From: an uncultured delta proteobacterium
GTDB taxonomy: Bacteria; Desulfobacterota; WTBG01; CAIYCZ01
Assembly: GCA_963803975.1 (NCBI GenBank)
Contig: CAWDOY010000054.1
Coordinates: 32,001 to 96,000 of the forward strand
Direction of reading: 5' to 3'
Length of the DNA stretch: 64,000 nucleotides
Shown here piece after piece: positions 1 to 9,745 of the stretch. Both the position numbers and the translations under genes were made by a program. The notes below the pieces were generated by a model. The model was not told the DNA's origin. It saw only the letters and a program-made list of their open reading frames with translations, and did not search any database. Position 1 is the stretch's first letter, and each line of letters starts with the position of its first letter.

Positions 1-1480
1 CAGGCAGTATTGGTGCCAAGCCCTGCAAAGGCACTGCCGTTATTGCCGGTCCCTGAAGAGTATGCGTACAGCAGCTCGCTCAGGCCGTGCGGGCCTTTAT
101 TGGCAATCCCGGCCAGCCCCCAGGAACTGGCTGCTGCCCATGCGGTGAAGCCAAGGATGCTGAAGATTAAAATAAGCACGGTCAGGACACTCATCTTGAC
201 ATCATAGGCCTCAATTTTTTTCCCGAGATATTCAGGGGTGCGCCCGACCATCAGGCCGCATAAAAAGACCGCCAGCACGACAAACACCAGCATCCCGTAG
301 AGGCCGGACCCGACACCGCCGAAGACGATTTCGCCCAGCTGAATATTAAATAAAGGAACGAGCCCGCCCAGCGGGGTTAATGAGTCATGCATGGCATTAA
401 CCGCTCCGCAGGAAGCGTCCGTGGTTATTGTGGCAAAAAGTGCTGAGTTGAAAATTCCAAAGCGCACTTCTTTTCCCTCCATGTTCCCGCCCAGAGGATC
501 AACTCCCAACGCCTGCAGGCGCGGATTTCCCGCGGCTTCCGCCCACCAGCATACTAAAAAAGCCGCCAGGAAGAGCACCAGCATGGAGCCCCAGACAATC
601 CATCCGTGGCGCTGATTTTTAACCATCCGGCCAAGATAATAGGTCAGTCCGCTGGGGATAAGAAAGATGGAGAGCATCTGGATAAAATTGGAAAGCGGTG
701 TCGGGTTTTCAAAAGGGTGCGCCGCGTTGGCGTTCATGAACCCGCCGCCGTTGGTGCCGAGCATTTTGATTGCCACCTGGGATGCCATGGGCCCCTGGGC
801 AATAATCTGGGTGTCGGCAGCATGGCCGTTAATGACAGTGTTTATAACAGCAGCCTTTGTGTAGGGCTGAAAATTTTGAATCATGCCCTGCGAAACCAGA
901 AACAGGGAATAGATAAGGCACAGGGGAAGCAGCAGATAGAGATTTATCCTGATGATATCCACCCAGAAATTACCGATGGTTTTTGCGCTGTGACGCGCAA
1001 TGCCCCGCACCAGAGCGGCTGCCACGGCAATACCGGAGGCTGCTGAGAGAAAGTTGTGGAAGGTAAGCCCCACCATCTGTGAGAAATAGGACATGGTTGA
1101 CTCGCCCCCGTAACTTTGCCAGTTGGTATTGGTGGTAAAGCTGACTGCCGTATTAAACGCAAGGTCAGGGCTTACTGGTCCGAACCCCTGGGGATTAAGC
1201 GGCAGAAGATGCTGCAGGCGAAGAATCGCATAGGTGAAGAGCAGGCTGACCAGGCTGAAAAGGCAGAGCGAAACAGCATACTGCTTCCAGGTCTGTTCTA
1301 TTTTACCGTCTATGCCGGCCAGGCGATACAGCAGCCGTTCCAGCGGCCGCGCCACCGGGTCAAGAAACGTTTTACCATCAGCGTCAAGAACGCTCTTCAG
1401 GTAAACACCCATGGGCCTGGTGCAGGCCAGATAGGATTGCCGACAAACAGTGATGAGCTGAAGCCATCCATAACGTCCAT
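1..1480 (-). CDS. kdpA: Potassium-transporting ATPase subunit A; partial (runs off window start), many apparent frameshifts
   Basis: Manual minus-strand translation gives GTGNNGSAFAGL near 1-60, QLGEIVFGGVGSGLYGML, EGKEVRFG and LGTNGGGF. ATG at 1480 follows a GGAG RBS. Confidence 0.93.
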
Positions 1481-1532
1481 GAAGAACTCTCCTGTTAAAA
1501 ATAGTATAAGCTGTCGGCTGACAGCTGTCAGC

Positions 1533-1616
1533 CTAAAATTTCTCCGGTTTAATAACCGAAGCAAACAGATACAGTATAAGAAGCACCCCGATTACGCCAA
1601 TAACGATCTCCAGCAT
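1533..1616 (-). CDS. kdpF: KdpF small membrane subunit (27 aa)
   Basis: MLEIVIGVIGVLLILYLFASVIKPEKF*: hydrophobic helix with the typical YL...PEKF ending, directly upstream of kdpA. Confidence 0.92.
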   Translation of the reverse strand: MLEIVIGVIGVLLILYLFASVIKPEKF

Positions 1617-1619
1617 GAC

Positions 1620-1703
1620 TCATATCCTTTCACATGCCCATGCATAGAGGATGCTGAGGCAAAAAAAGAAGACGGGGATTAAAATATAGATTAAATCAAG
1701 CAT
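1620..1703 (-). CDS. Small hydrophobic peptide (27 aa) upstream of kdpF
   Basis: MLDLIYILIPVFFFCLSILYAWACERI* with a GGAGG RBS. It ends 3 nt before the kdpF ATG and overlaps the kinase gene end. Confidence 0.7.
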   Translation of the reverse strand: MLDLIYILIPVFFFCLSILYAWACERI

Positions 1704-3547
1704 GGGTTTCCTCCACTTGCTGCAACAGCGTCCGCCCGTTTAAGTGTGAACGTGAAGGTGCTGCCCGTGCCTTCGCTGCTCTCCACGCTGATAGTTCCGC
1801 CATGGGCTTCCACAATTTCTCTCGCTATGGCAAGCCCGAGCCCTGCGCCCGGCTCGGATTTTTCATCCGGAACGCGAAAGAACTGTTCAAAAATTCTATT
1901 ACAATATTGCGCCGGGATACCTTTGCCGGTATCGTCAACAGAGAAACTGACCCATTCATTACGGGCCTGCGCGGAAATGGTTACCCTGCCGCCCGGGGCA
2001 GTATATTTCAGACGCGTTCGACAGCAGGTTGGAAACAACGTGATCGATGCGCGTCCGGTCAGCCCAGACTGCAGGCAGAGCATCCGGCACCTTGACCTTC
2101 AGCGCAACCCCGTGGTCCCGGAACGCGCTCTGTAACGATTCCACCGCAGGCTGCAGCATTGCGCGCGGAGATATCGCCTGACAGTCCAGCTTCACGCGTC
2201 CTGATTCGATGCGGCTGATATCAAGCAAATCCTCGACAATATGATATAAGCGGTCACTGTCATCTCGCGCGGCAATCAGCAACTCCGCCTGTTTATCGTT
2301 CAAGGCCCCGATCTTTTCTTCCAGAAGCAGATGAATTGCCATGCGCATGGAGGTGAGCGGGGTCTTTAATTGATGAGACACCGTGGAAATGAGTCCCCGC
2401 TTCATATCATCCTGCTGCCGCAGCTGGGTAATGTCTTCAAAAATAAGCACGATGCCAATAGGCTGTTTCTCATTGTCCAGAATCGGCACGGCCCGCGGAC
2501 GGAAGAAGTGTTCCTCGCCCTTTAAGAAATACTGGATAACCGCGCAGTCACCTTTACCTTCAACAGCCCGGCCGCTGGCAAGGGCATCGTTATACAGCGC
2601 CGCCATCCACGCGCCGGGCATATGCTGAATCAGAGCGCCGGGCTTTAACCCGAATGTCTCCCGTGCTGTTTCGGTTGCCACTTCAATCCTTCCCTCCAGG
2701 TCGACCAGAGCCACGGAATCAGGCAGGCTGTTAAACGCCTGTTGCGTAGAGCGCTGCGCCCTGATCAGCTTGGCCTGGTCGCTGCGGCGGAATTCCCGGA
2801 GGCTGGTTGCCATAGTATTAAATGCTTCTGAAAGCTGCCCGATCTCATCACGTGAGCTGCTGTGAATAACGAGCTCGAGATTGCCCCGCGCAACCTGGTC
2901 GGTAAAATCAATAAGCCGGGTAATGGGCCGCAGCACCCATTTGCCGGTAAAATAAATAAAGCCAAGGGCAAGCAGGGCCCCGGCACATAACAGAACATAC
3001 ATCCGTTGCCGGGCAGCTGCTGCCTTAGCGCGGGCCCGGTCATTGGCTTCACTCATATTCTCCTGGTTCATGCTGCAGGACTTCTTCCGCCGTGTTTTTT
3101 ATCTGCTGAAAAAGCGGTAAGATTTTTGTGAAATAGAGATCACGCCGGGCTCCGGAAGACAGGCCGGGACTGCTGTAACGCCTGTATTGTTGCCTTATAC
3201 TGGGTAAAAAGATTTCTAATACGGTTCGCTTTTTCTCCTTCATGGGGAAGCGTTATATTGTTTAACTCAACCTGAAGAGCTTTTTCAAAATCCCGTGCGT
3301 GTTTCGCAATATATTCATTCCCGACTTTCTCATTACCGAGCACAATGAAAAGCGTGCCGCTGTCCATGCGCTCCAGGGCTTCCTTCATGTGCTGACAGGC
3401 AAGCACGCTGCGGTAGTTTTCACGCAGAATAACATCTATTGATGGTCCCAGTTCGGTAAGCTCCCTGATGCCCTGTACACCAATGAGCACAATAATCACA
3501 AGCAGTCCACCGAATCCGAGAGATAATTTTTGACGAAGACCGAGCAT
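1691..3547 (-). CDS. Membrane sensor histidine kinase (periplasmic helical sensor, HAMP, PAS, HisKA, HATPase); frameshifted
   Basis: Joined ORFs 3140-3553, 1959-3071 and 1691-2083. H-box SHQLKTPLT, N-box NLLSNA, DTGKGIP and GAGLGL. GGAGGA RBS before ATG 3547. Confidence 0.9.
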
Positions 3548-3572
3548 ATACATTCCTCCGGGTAATCATATA

Positions 3573-3589
3573 TACAAACGATATGCCAA
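3573..3589 (-). promoter_or_regulatory. Putative sigma54 -24/-12 promoter for the kinase-kdp operon
   Basis: TTGGCATATCGTTTGTA: GG-N10-GT, with GT in place of the consensus GC. Confidence 0.65.
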
Positions 3590-3650
3590 TCCCGCCATCG
3601 TGCAATGAGTTAAAAATGCGGGATTATTAATCACCAGGGACTTTGCGGTT

Positions 3651-3696
3651 TTGTATTTTGCAAGAAGCTATGGTTAGTGAGCTTGAAAATTGCAAG
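3651..3696. promoter_or_regulatory. Putative enhancer (UAS) pair for the NtrC-family activator
   Basis: TTGTATTTTGCAAG and CTTGAAAATTGCAAG, starts 31 bp apart; repeated at 4805-4849 with the same spacing. Confidence 0.65.
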
Positions 3697-3795
3697 GCTG
3701 GTTAACAAAAAAGCTGGTTATATTCATAATGGCCATTACCAGGCGCACTCACATCGGTAAATAAATAAAGTCATTGTTTGCGCTCACGGGAAAAT

Positions 3796-4576
3796 CTATT
3801 GCGGGTTCTTTTCTTTTCCCTTTACTGAGAATTTATTTTCCAGCAGGTTAATGGATTGTAAGATGATGTCGGTCTCATCATCAGATTGTATATCAAGGGT
3901 AATCCCGGCAGCTTCCAGCAGGTGCTGCATTTTACCGGACAGATAGGAAATTGAATTTGAAACATAAAACGGAAAGTACCAGAAATAGCCGAATCGCCAA
4001 TAAAACAGAGATTGTCACTATGATTGCCATGGTGCTTATTATGCGGGCTGCATCCTGTTGCGCGAGTTTGTTTTTTCGCTCAATGGCCTGCATATTAACA
4101 TCATTAATGTTGCGGATAGCCTGCCGCAGTTTTTCATAAGCCGGCAGAAGCCCGCTAAAATAGACCTCAGTACTGCCGGCGCCGTTTTTTATCTGCCGGG
4201 AAAGATTGAGATAAAGAGCATAGGTAGTGTTAAGCTGCTCGACATAGTCCTTTTCGTGTATTTCAGTTATATTGCTGTTTTCTTCCTTTAAATTCCGGTC
4301 AAACGCATTTCTGGCTGATTCAAATGTTTTTACGTAATAATCAGAAGCTTTATTTGCCATGGCGGGATTAAAGATGCTGTTGCCGACAGCAGTATTCATA
4401 TCATCAAGGGCCTGAAGCATATTTTTTGCATAGACCAGAGAATGGTAATTATTTTTCAGAATATTGTCAGACTCCCGGGATAATTTTTGAATGTAATAGG
4501 AACAGATTCCCGCTACAGCAAAAATTATAACAAAGAGAAATCCAATACCCAGTGAAAGTTTTGTTTTGAGCACCAT
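3796..4576 (-). CDS. Kinase-less membrane sensor protein (TM, periplasmic helical domain, TM, short tail), paralogous to the N-terminus of the neighbouring kinase; one apparent frameshift near 3994
   Basis: MVLKTKLSLGIGFL...ILKNNYHSLVYAKNMLQALDDM aligns with the kinase's LRQKLSLGFGGL...ILRENYRSVLACQHMKEALERM. The alternative frame continues FGYFWYFPFYVSNSISYLSGKMQHLLE...KNPQ* to the stop at 3796. Confidence 0.75.
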
Positions 4577-4726
4577 ACGCATCTCCGTAATAAATTTTCT
4601 GCTTGTAGAGTGATCAATGTTTACCCTCATTATTAATAAGCATAATGATCAAAAAAATGCCATTAAATCCAAAGGATAATTTCTGCCAAAGACCGCACCA
4701 TCGACGCTACTCACGTCAAAACTTAT

Positions 4727-4743
4727 TACATACAATGTGCCAA
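4727..4743 (-). promoter_or_regulatory. Putative sigma54 -24/-12 promoter for the kinase-less sensor gene
   Basis: TTGGCACATTGTATGTA (GG-N10-GT). Confidence 0.62.
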
Positions 4744-4804
4744 CCCTGGACGGCTTTAATGATTTGAAAAAGCGGACTTTTTTATCTTAAGCAGATGCGG
4801 GGTA

Positions 4805-4849
4805 TTGTATTGTGCAAGGAAGGGGTTACAACTATCTTGAAAACTGCAA
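4805..4849. promoter_or_regulatory. Second putative enhancer (UAS) pair
   Basis: TTGTATTGTGCAAG and CTTGAAAACTGCAA; same 31-bp spacing and same 62-bp offset from the sigma54 motif as at 3651-3696. Confidence 0.65.
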
Positions 4850-4898
4850 TGCGGACGGTCAAAAGAAGGCTGAAGGGGAAGGGCTTGCACAACGGTAA

Positions 4899-6254
4899 TT
4901 AAATCCCGTACTGCTTGCGCCGGCGCCACAAGGTGGCCTGATCGATGCCGAGAACATCGGCAGCCTCCTGCAGCGATTTGGTTGCTGCAAGCACGCGCCG
5001 GATATGCAGCTCTTCGATTTTTTCCAGGTTGACCAGATCGCCTATCTGCGTAATCGCCGCGCGGGGGAGCAGTGTTTCCGGCAGGTGCTCGATACCGATG
5101 CGGTCAGCCGGGCAGATGATTGCAGCGCGTTCAATAATATTTCGCAGTTCCCTGATATTGCCGGGCCATGCATAGTTTCTCAGCGCCTGCAGGGTCTCTT
5201 CGGTAAAGCCGGAAAAATTTCGATGGTTGGCGCGGCCGAAAAACTGCAGCAGCCGTTCGGCAAGGGGTGCCACGTCGTCCTGACGGTCGCGCAGGGGGGG
5301 GAGCGCAATCTGAATCACATTGAGGCGATAGAAAAGGTCTTCCCGGAAACGGCCGTCCCGGACAGCCGTTTCCAGGTCTATATTGGTTGCTGCCATGAGC
5401 CGCACATCCGCCTTGCGTGTTACGCTGTCACCAATCCGTTCATATGCATGATCCTGAAGAAAGCGCAACAGCTTGGGCTGAACGGACAGCGGCATGTCTC
5501 CTATTTCGTCTAACAGGAGTGTTCCGCCTTCACACGCGCCAATGCGGCCGGGACTGTCATGCACGGCTCCCGTAAACGCTCCCCTGAGATGTCCGAACAG
5601 TTCGCTTTCCAGCAGTTCAGCAGGAATAGAAGGGCAGGAAACATTACCGAATGGTTTATTGGCCCGTTTGCTCCACACATGTATCATGCGCGCCAGAACA
5701 GTTTTACCCGTGCCGCTTTCTCCCCGCAAGAGGATCGTGGCGTCCGAAGGTGCGACCTGCCGTGCCAGGCTGAGTGCATGCTGCATGGCGGGGCTGTTCG
5801 TAGCAAAATCTATTTCAGGATTTACTCTTTTCAGGTCTTCCTTGAGGCTCGCGACCTTTTGTTCGAGCTGGCAGACTTCAGCAACTTTCTGCACTGCGAG
5901 TTTTACCTGGGAGGGAGTAAACGGTTTCGGTATATAGTCGGTGGCTCCCCGGCGCATGGCTTCGACAGCTGTGTCAATAGAGGCATAGGCTGTTATAACA
6001 ATTATCTTGAGCCACGGCGTCATGGCCAGTAACTGCGGGATTAAATCAAGCCCGCTGGCTGTTCCGAGCCGGATATCCACAAATGCCGCTTCAAAACTTC
6101 TGCGTGTTGCCTCGGCAACCGCGTCCGGGGCGTTGCTTACGGCAACAACCCGGTGCCCTTCGGTTTCAAGGCAGACGGACAGGGTTTTGCGGATGTTGAC
6201 TTCATCATCCACAACAAGAATATGTAGCGAGGCATTTTCTGAAAGCTCATTCAT
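4899..6254 (-). CDS. Sigma54-dependent response regulator (REC, AAA+, Fis HTH; NtrC family)
   Basis: LVVDD receiver, GESGTGKT Walker A, ESELFGH..GAFTGA, LFYRLNV, WPGNIREL and a C-terminal HTH. Confidence 0.96.
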   Translation of the reverse strand: MNELSENASLHILVVDDEVNIRKTLSVCLETEGHRVVAVSNAPDAVAEATRRSFEAAFVDIRLGTASGLDLIPQLLAMTPWLKIIVITAYASIDTAVEAMRRGATDYIPKPFTPSQVKLAVQKVAEVCQLEQKVASLKEDLKRVNPEIDFATNSPAMQHALSLARQVAPSDATILLRGESGTGKTVLARMIHVWSKRANKPFGNVSCPSIPAELLESELFGHLRGAFTGAVHDSPGRIGACEGGTLLLDEIGDMPLSVQPKLLRFLQDHAYERIGDSVTRKADVRLMAATNIDLETAVRDGRFREDLFYRLNVIQIALPPLRDRQDDVAPLAERLLQFFGRANHRNFSGFTEETLQALRNYAWPGNIRELRNIIERAAIICPADRIGIEHLPETLLPRAAITQIGDLVNLEKIEELHIRRVLAATKSLQEAADVLGIDQATLWRRRKQYGI

Positions 6255-6329
6255 GCGGAAACCCGTGCTGCTTATTTACCCGCTGCCGGCAGAACCGCAG
6301 GGAGGATTAAGCAGCTCATTATTGCGCGA

Positions 6330-6710
6330 TTACAGATTCTCCTCAATATACAGCGTGAGTTCGATCATGCGCTCAAGCAGCTCATCACCCGGGAGGCCTT
6401 CAGCCCCTTTTACCTTCATCTCGCGTTTTATGGAATCACAGATGTGGGTTGCAACATAGGAAAAATCCGGCAGCCCGGCAGCGGTATGATGAATGCCCTC
6501 GCCGTCATCGATGATTTTAAGGAAATGCTCTCCGTGCTCCTGGCCGCGTATAATAGTTATATTTTTAGCCCTGGCATCAATACTGTTTTCAGCCAGTTCC
6601 GCAATGGCTTTCAGGGGATTGGTCTGGGAAAGGGCGATAATGGTGATTGCATTCCAGTTGTCCCCGATGCGCAGCTTTCCTTTGAGCTGGGTACTCTTTT
6701 TTTTCATCAA
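6330..6710 (-). pseudogene. GHKL (HATPase_c, MutL/MORC-like) ATPase fragment, apparently internally deleted
   Basis: N-box AELAENSIDA and G1 DDGEGI are present, but the G2 glycine box is missing and the ORF is only 126 aa. Confidence 0.6.
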
Positions 6711-7019
6711 GATTTATTCCCTGATTTATATGATAGAGTTAACAAGCACAGTGCATATCATAGTGTACATTTATTTTCATCGCAATCTGAATTTTTCTTT
6801 ACCGGGAAACTACGGCGCCCGAAAATAATTTACAGCGCTTCTGCCTTGACGCATTATTGTTATAATTCGCCATCGCATTCTGTTTTTGGCATGTCTTGAG
6901 ATTACTATTGGCTTCATTATAGTATTGAATAATATAAAAGATATCGTAAATATTACCATAGAAAATCTTCCTATTGAAAAAGCTGAAGCTGCCATTGCTT
7001 AAGAAAACAGGCAGAGGTC

Positions 7020-7157
7020 ATGAGAAAAAGGCTCAAGAAAAAAAAGAGAAGCTGCTCTCTGTGCAATAAGCAGAGAGGCATTTTTTTTGAATTAAAAAGA
7101 GGCAAGGCCATTTCCGACCCTGCCTCTTTTGTGTTTTACCTCGGCACACAGTACTGA
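7020..7157 (+). CDS. Small Lys/Arg-rich ORF with CxxC (possible leader peptide or gene remnant)
   Basis: MRKRLKKKKRSCSLCNKQRG...; GAGG upstream; overlaps two terminator-like hairpins. Confidence 0.35.
   Translation: MRKRLKKKKRSCSLCNKQRGIFFELKRGKAISDPASFVFYLGTQY
7095..7130. terminator. Intrinsic terminator-like hairpin
   Basis: AAAAGAGGCAAGG...CCTGCCTCTTTT, with A and T runs on either side. Confidence 0.55.
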
Positions 7158-7304
7158 GCGCTCAGCATTTTATTTTTGCAATTTTGTGCAAAATCGTCAG
7201 CCGTTATGCAGCTTGATTTAAAAGACAAGGTATGTTAAATAACTGTGTCGTTTTCATATATATAGTGCAAGCACCAAAAAAAAAGATGTAATAAGCAAGG
7301 AGAG

Positions 7305-8360
7305 ATGTTCATGGAGAAGATTAAGGTGGGAATTCTCGGCGCTACGGGGATGGTGGGCCAGCGCTTCATCCAGCTCCTTGACGGGCACCCCTGGTTTCAG
7401 ATTACCGAGCTTGCTGCTTCAGAGCGGAGCGCAGGAAAAAATTATGAGGATTCAGTGGGAGACCGGTGGAAGCTTGAGACACCTATCCCGGCAGGGGTTC
7501 GCCGTCTGCCGGTGAAGGAATGCAAGCCGGGTCTTGACGCGAGAATTGTATTTTCAGCGCTTGATGCTGATGTGGCAGGCCCGGTTGAGGAGGAATTTGC
7601 GCGGGCCGGTTATGTGGTTTCAAGCAATTCGCGCAATCACCGCATGGATGGCGATGTGCCGCTGCTGGTGCCGGAAGTAAATGAAGACCATCTGGCAGCT
7701 GTCGCAATGCAGAAGAAAAAATACGGCAACAACGGCTACATCGTCACCAATCCCAACTGCTCCACCATCGGCCTGGTGATGGGTATTGCGCCGCTGCACC
7801 GGAAATTCACGGTAACCAAGATAATGGTGACCACCATGCAGGCACTGAGCGGGGCAGGGTACCCCGGTGTTGCCTCGCTTGATATACTTGATAATGTGAT
7901 CCCGTTCATCGGCGGCGAGGAAGCAAAGATGGAGACCGAGCCGCTGAAAATTCTCGGCAGTTTTACCAGTAAGGACTTTGCCGATGCCGCCATTAAAGTG
8001 AGCGCGTCCTGCAACCGGGTCAATGTAAAAGACGGGCACCTGGAATGCGTGAGCGTTGCACTGGCACAGAAGCCATCCCCGCAGGAGATGATAGCGGCAT
8101 GGGAGTCTTATAATCCGCTGCAGGGCTATAAGCTCCCCTTTTCACCGCCGGCGCCGGTGGTGTACATGAAAAATGAACGACGGCCCCAGCCCCGGTTTGA
8201 CCGTGATACGGGCCAGGGCATGACCTGCTGCATCGGCAGGCTGCGGGAATGCCCCATCCTTGATTACAAGTTTGTGCTGCTCAGCCATAATACGATTCGC
8301 GGTGCTGCAGGCGCTGCCATTCTTAATGCGGAGTTGCTTTCCGTCAAGGGGCTGCTATAA
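7305..8360 (+). CDS. asd: Aspartate-semialdehyde dehydrogenase (archaeal/fungal-like type)
   Basis: GATGMVGQRF, NPNCST, QALSGAG, HNTIRGAAG. Confidence 0.96.
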   Translation: MFMEKIKVGILGATGMVGQRFIQLLDGHPWFQITELAASERSAGKNYEDSVGDRWKLETPIPAGVRRLPVKECKPGLDARIVFSALDADVAGPVEEEFARAGYVVSSNSRNHRMDGDVPLLVPEVNEDHLAAVAMQKKKYGNNGYIVTNPNCSTIGLVMGIAPLHRKFTVTKIMVTTMQALSGAGYPGVASLDILDNVIPFIGGEEAKMETEPLKILGSFTSKDFADAAIKVSASCNRVNVKDGHLECVSVALAQKPSPQEMIAAWESYNPLQGYKLPFSPPAPVVYMKNERRPQPRFDRDTGQGMTCCIGRLRECPILDYKFVLLSHNTIRGAAGAAILNAELLSVKGLL

Positions 8361-8381
8361 ACCCTTACGCGAGGAAGAGCC

Positions 8382-9065
8382 TTGAATAAACGCGGGCACG
8401 TTCTGCTCATCAGCTCTAATAAGGTGTGGAGAAAGAATGTCGGAAACCTCCTGAAAAAAGAGGTCTCTGAACTGGTGGAAGCCGGCAGCATTGAAGAGGC
8501 GGTCGAAGCGCCATCCCGGATTCACATAGATATAATACTGCTTGACCTTACCTCCCGGGATGAGCCGGCTGCACAGAGGTGCCGCTCTTTAAAGAACAAT
8601 GCCGCGTTCAGGGATGTGCCGGTGGTGGCGTTCGTGTCGGAGCATCAGCTTGCAGCGCTTGATGTCAGCGCTGATGTTGAAGACATAATCATCCAGCGCG
8701 ACAGCGCTGATGAGGCATTGTTCAGAATAAAGCGGGTGCTGTGGAAAAAAATATACTCCCGGAGTGCCGCGGCCATCACCATAGAGGATCTGGTCATTGA
8801 CCTTGAGAACTATGAAGCATCCATAAAAGGCCAGTCCCTCTATTTAACGTTCAAGGAATTTGAGCTGCTGAAATTTTTTCTCCTCAACCGGGGCCGGGTC
8901 TTCACCCGTGATGACCTGCTCGACAAGGTGTGGGGCTATGATAACTACGTGGGAACCCGGACCGTTGATATCCACATCCAGCGGCTGCGCCATAAGCTGG
9001 GAACCCCGGTGGGAGACATGATTGTTACGGTACGGAATGTGGGATACAAATTTGCCGCGGATTAA
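8382..9065 (+). CDS. OmpR-family response regulator with atypical receiver
   Basis: Winged helix LTFKEFELL...VWGYD..GTRTVDIHIQRLR..TVRNVGYKF. Confidence 0.9.
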   Translation: MNKRGHVLLISSNKVWRKNVGNLLKKEVSELVEAGSIEEAVEAPSRIHIDIILLDLTSRDEPAAQRCRSLKNNAAFRDVPVVAFVSEHQLAALDVSADVEDIIIQRDSADEALFRIKRVLWKKIYSRSAAAITIEDLVIDLENYEASIKGQSLYLTFKEFELLKFFLLNRGRVFTRDDLLDKVWGYDNYVGTRTVDIHIQRLRHKLGTPVGDMIVTVRNVGYKFAAD

Positions 9066-9100
9066 GACAGCACAACAACTTGCAGAGAAAGGACAACAGA

Positions 9101-9715
9101 ATGGCGGAACCGAAAAGTAAAAACATCGTATGGCATCACGCAACCATTACTAAAGAAGACCGGGAAAAGCTCTTCAGCCAGCAGGGGGTGGTCATCTGGT
9201 TTACCGGGCTCTCAGGCTCCGGCAAATCAACCCTTGCCAATGAAGTGGAAGGTGCCCTGTTTGAGCGGGGCTGCCACACCTATATTCTTGACGGGGATAA
9301 TATCCGGCACGGTCTGAACAAGGACATCGGGTTTTCTCCCAAGGACCGGGAAGAAAACATCCGGCGCATCGGCGAAGTGGCGCACCTCTTTGCCCAGGCA
9401 GGCGTTATTGTCATGACCGCGTTTATCTCGCCATATCTGGCTGACCGGGAGCTGGCGCGCAAGCTGAACAAGGAGGGGGAATTCATTGAAATCTACTGCC
9501 GCTGCTCTCTTGAGGAATGCGAGCGCCGGGATACCAAGGGCCTCTATAAAAAGGCCCGCGCCGGCGAGGTCAAGGAATTTACCGGCATATCAGCCCCCTA
9601 TGAGGAGCCGGTGCAGCCGGAACTGATTCTTGACACGGACAAGGAAACACTTAAGGAAAGCGCGGGGAAAGTTCTTGCTTATCTTGAGAAACGGGGAATT
9701 ATTGCTCCCGTATAA
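9101..9715 (+). CDS. cysC: Adenylyl-sulfate kinase
   Basis: WFTGLSGSGKST, LDGDNIRHGL, KGLYKKARAG, FTGISAPYE. Confidence 0.96.
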   Translation: MAEPKSKNIVWHHATITKEDREKLFSQQGVVIWFTGLSGSGKSTLANEVEGALFERGCHTYILDGDNIRHGLNKDIGFSPKDREENIRRIGEVAHLFAQAGVIVMTAFISPYLADRELARKLNKEGEFIEIYCRCSLEECERRDTKGLYKKARAGEVKEFTGISAPYEEPVQPELILDTDKETLKESAGKVLAYLEKRGIIAPV

Positions 9716-9745
9716 TTTTCCTGCAGCGTTTTCCGTTCCCGCACA

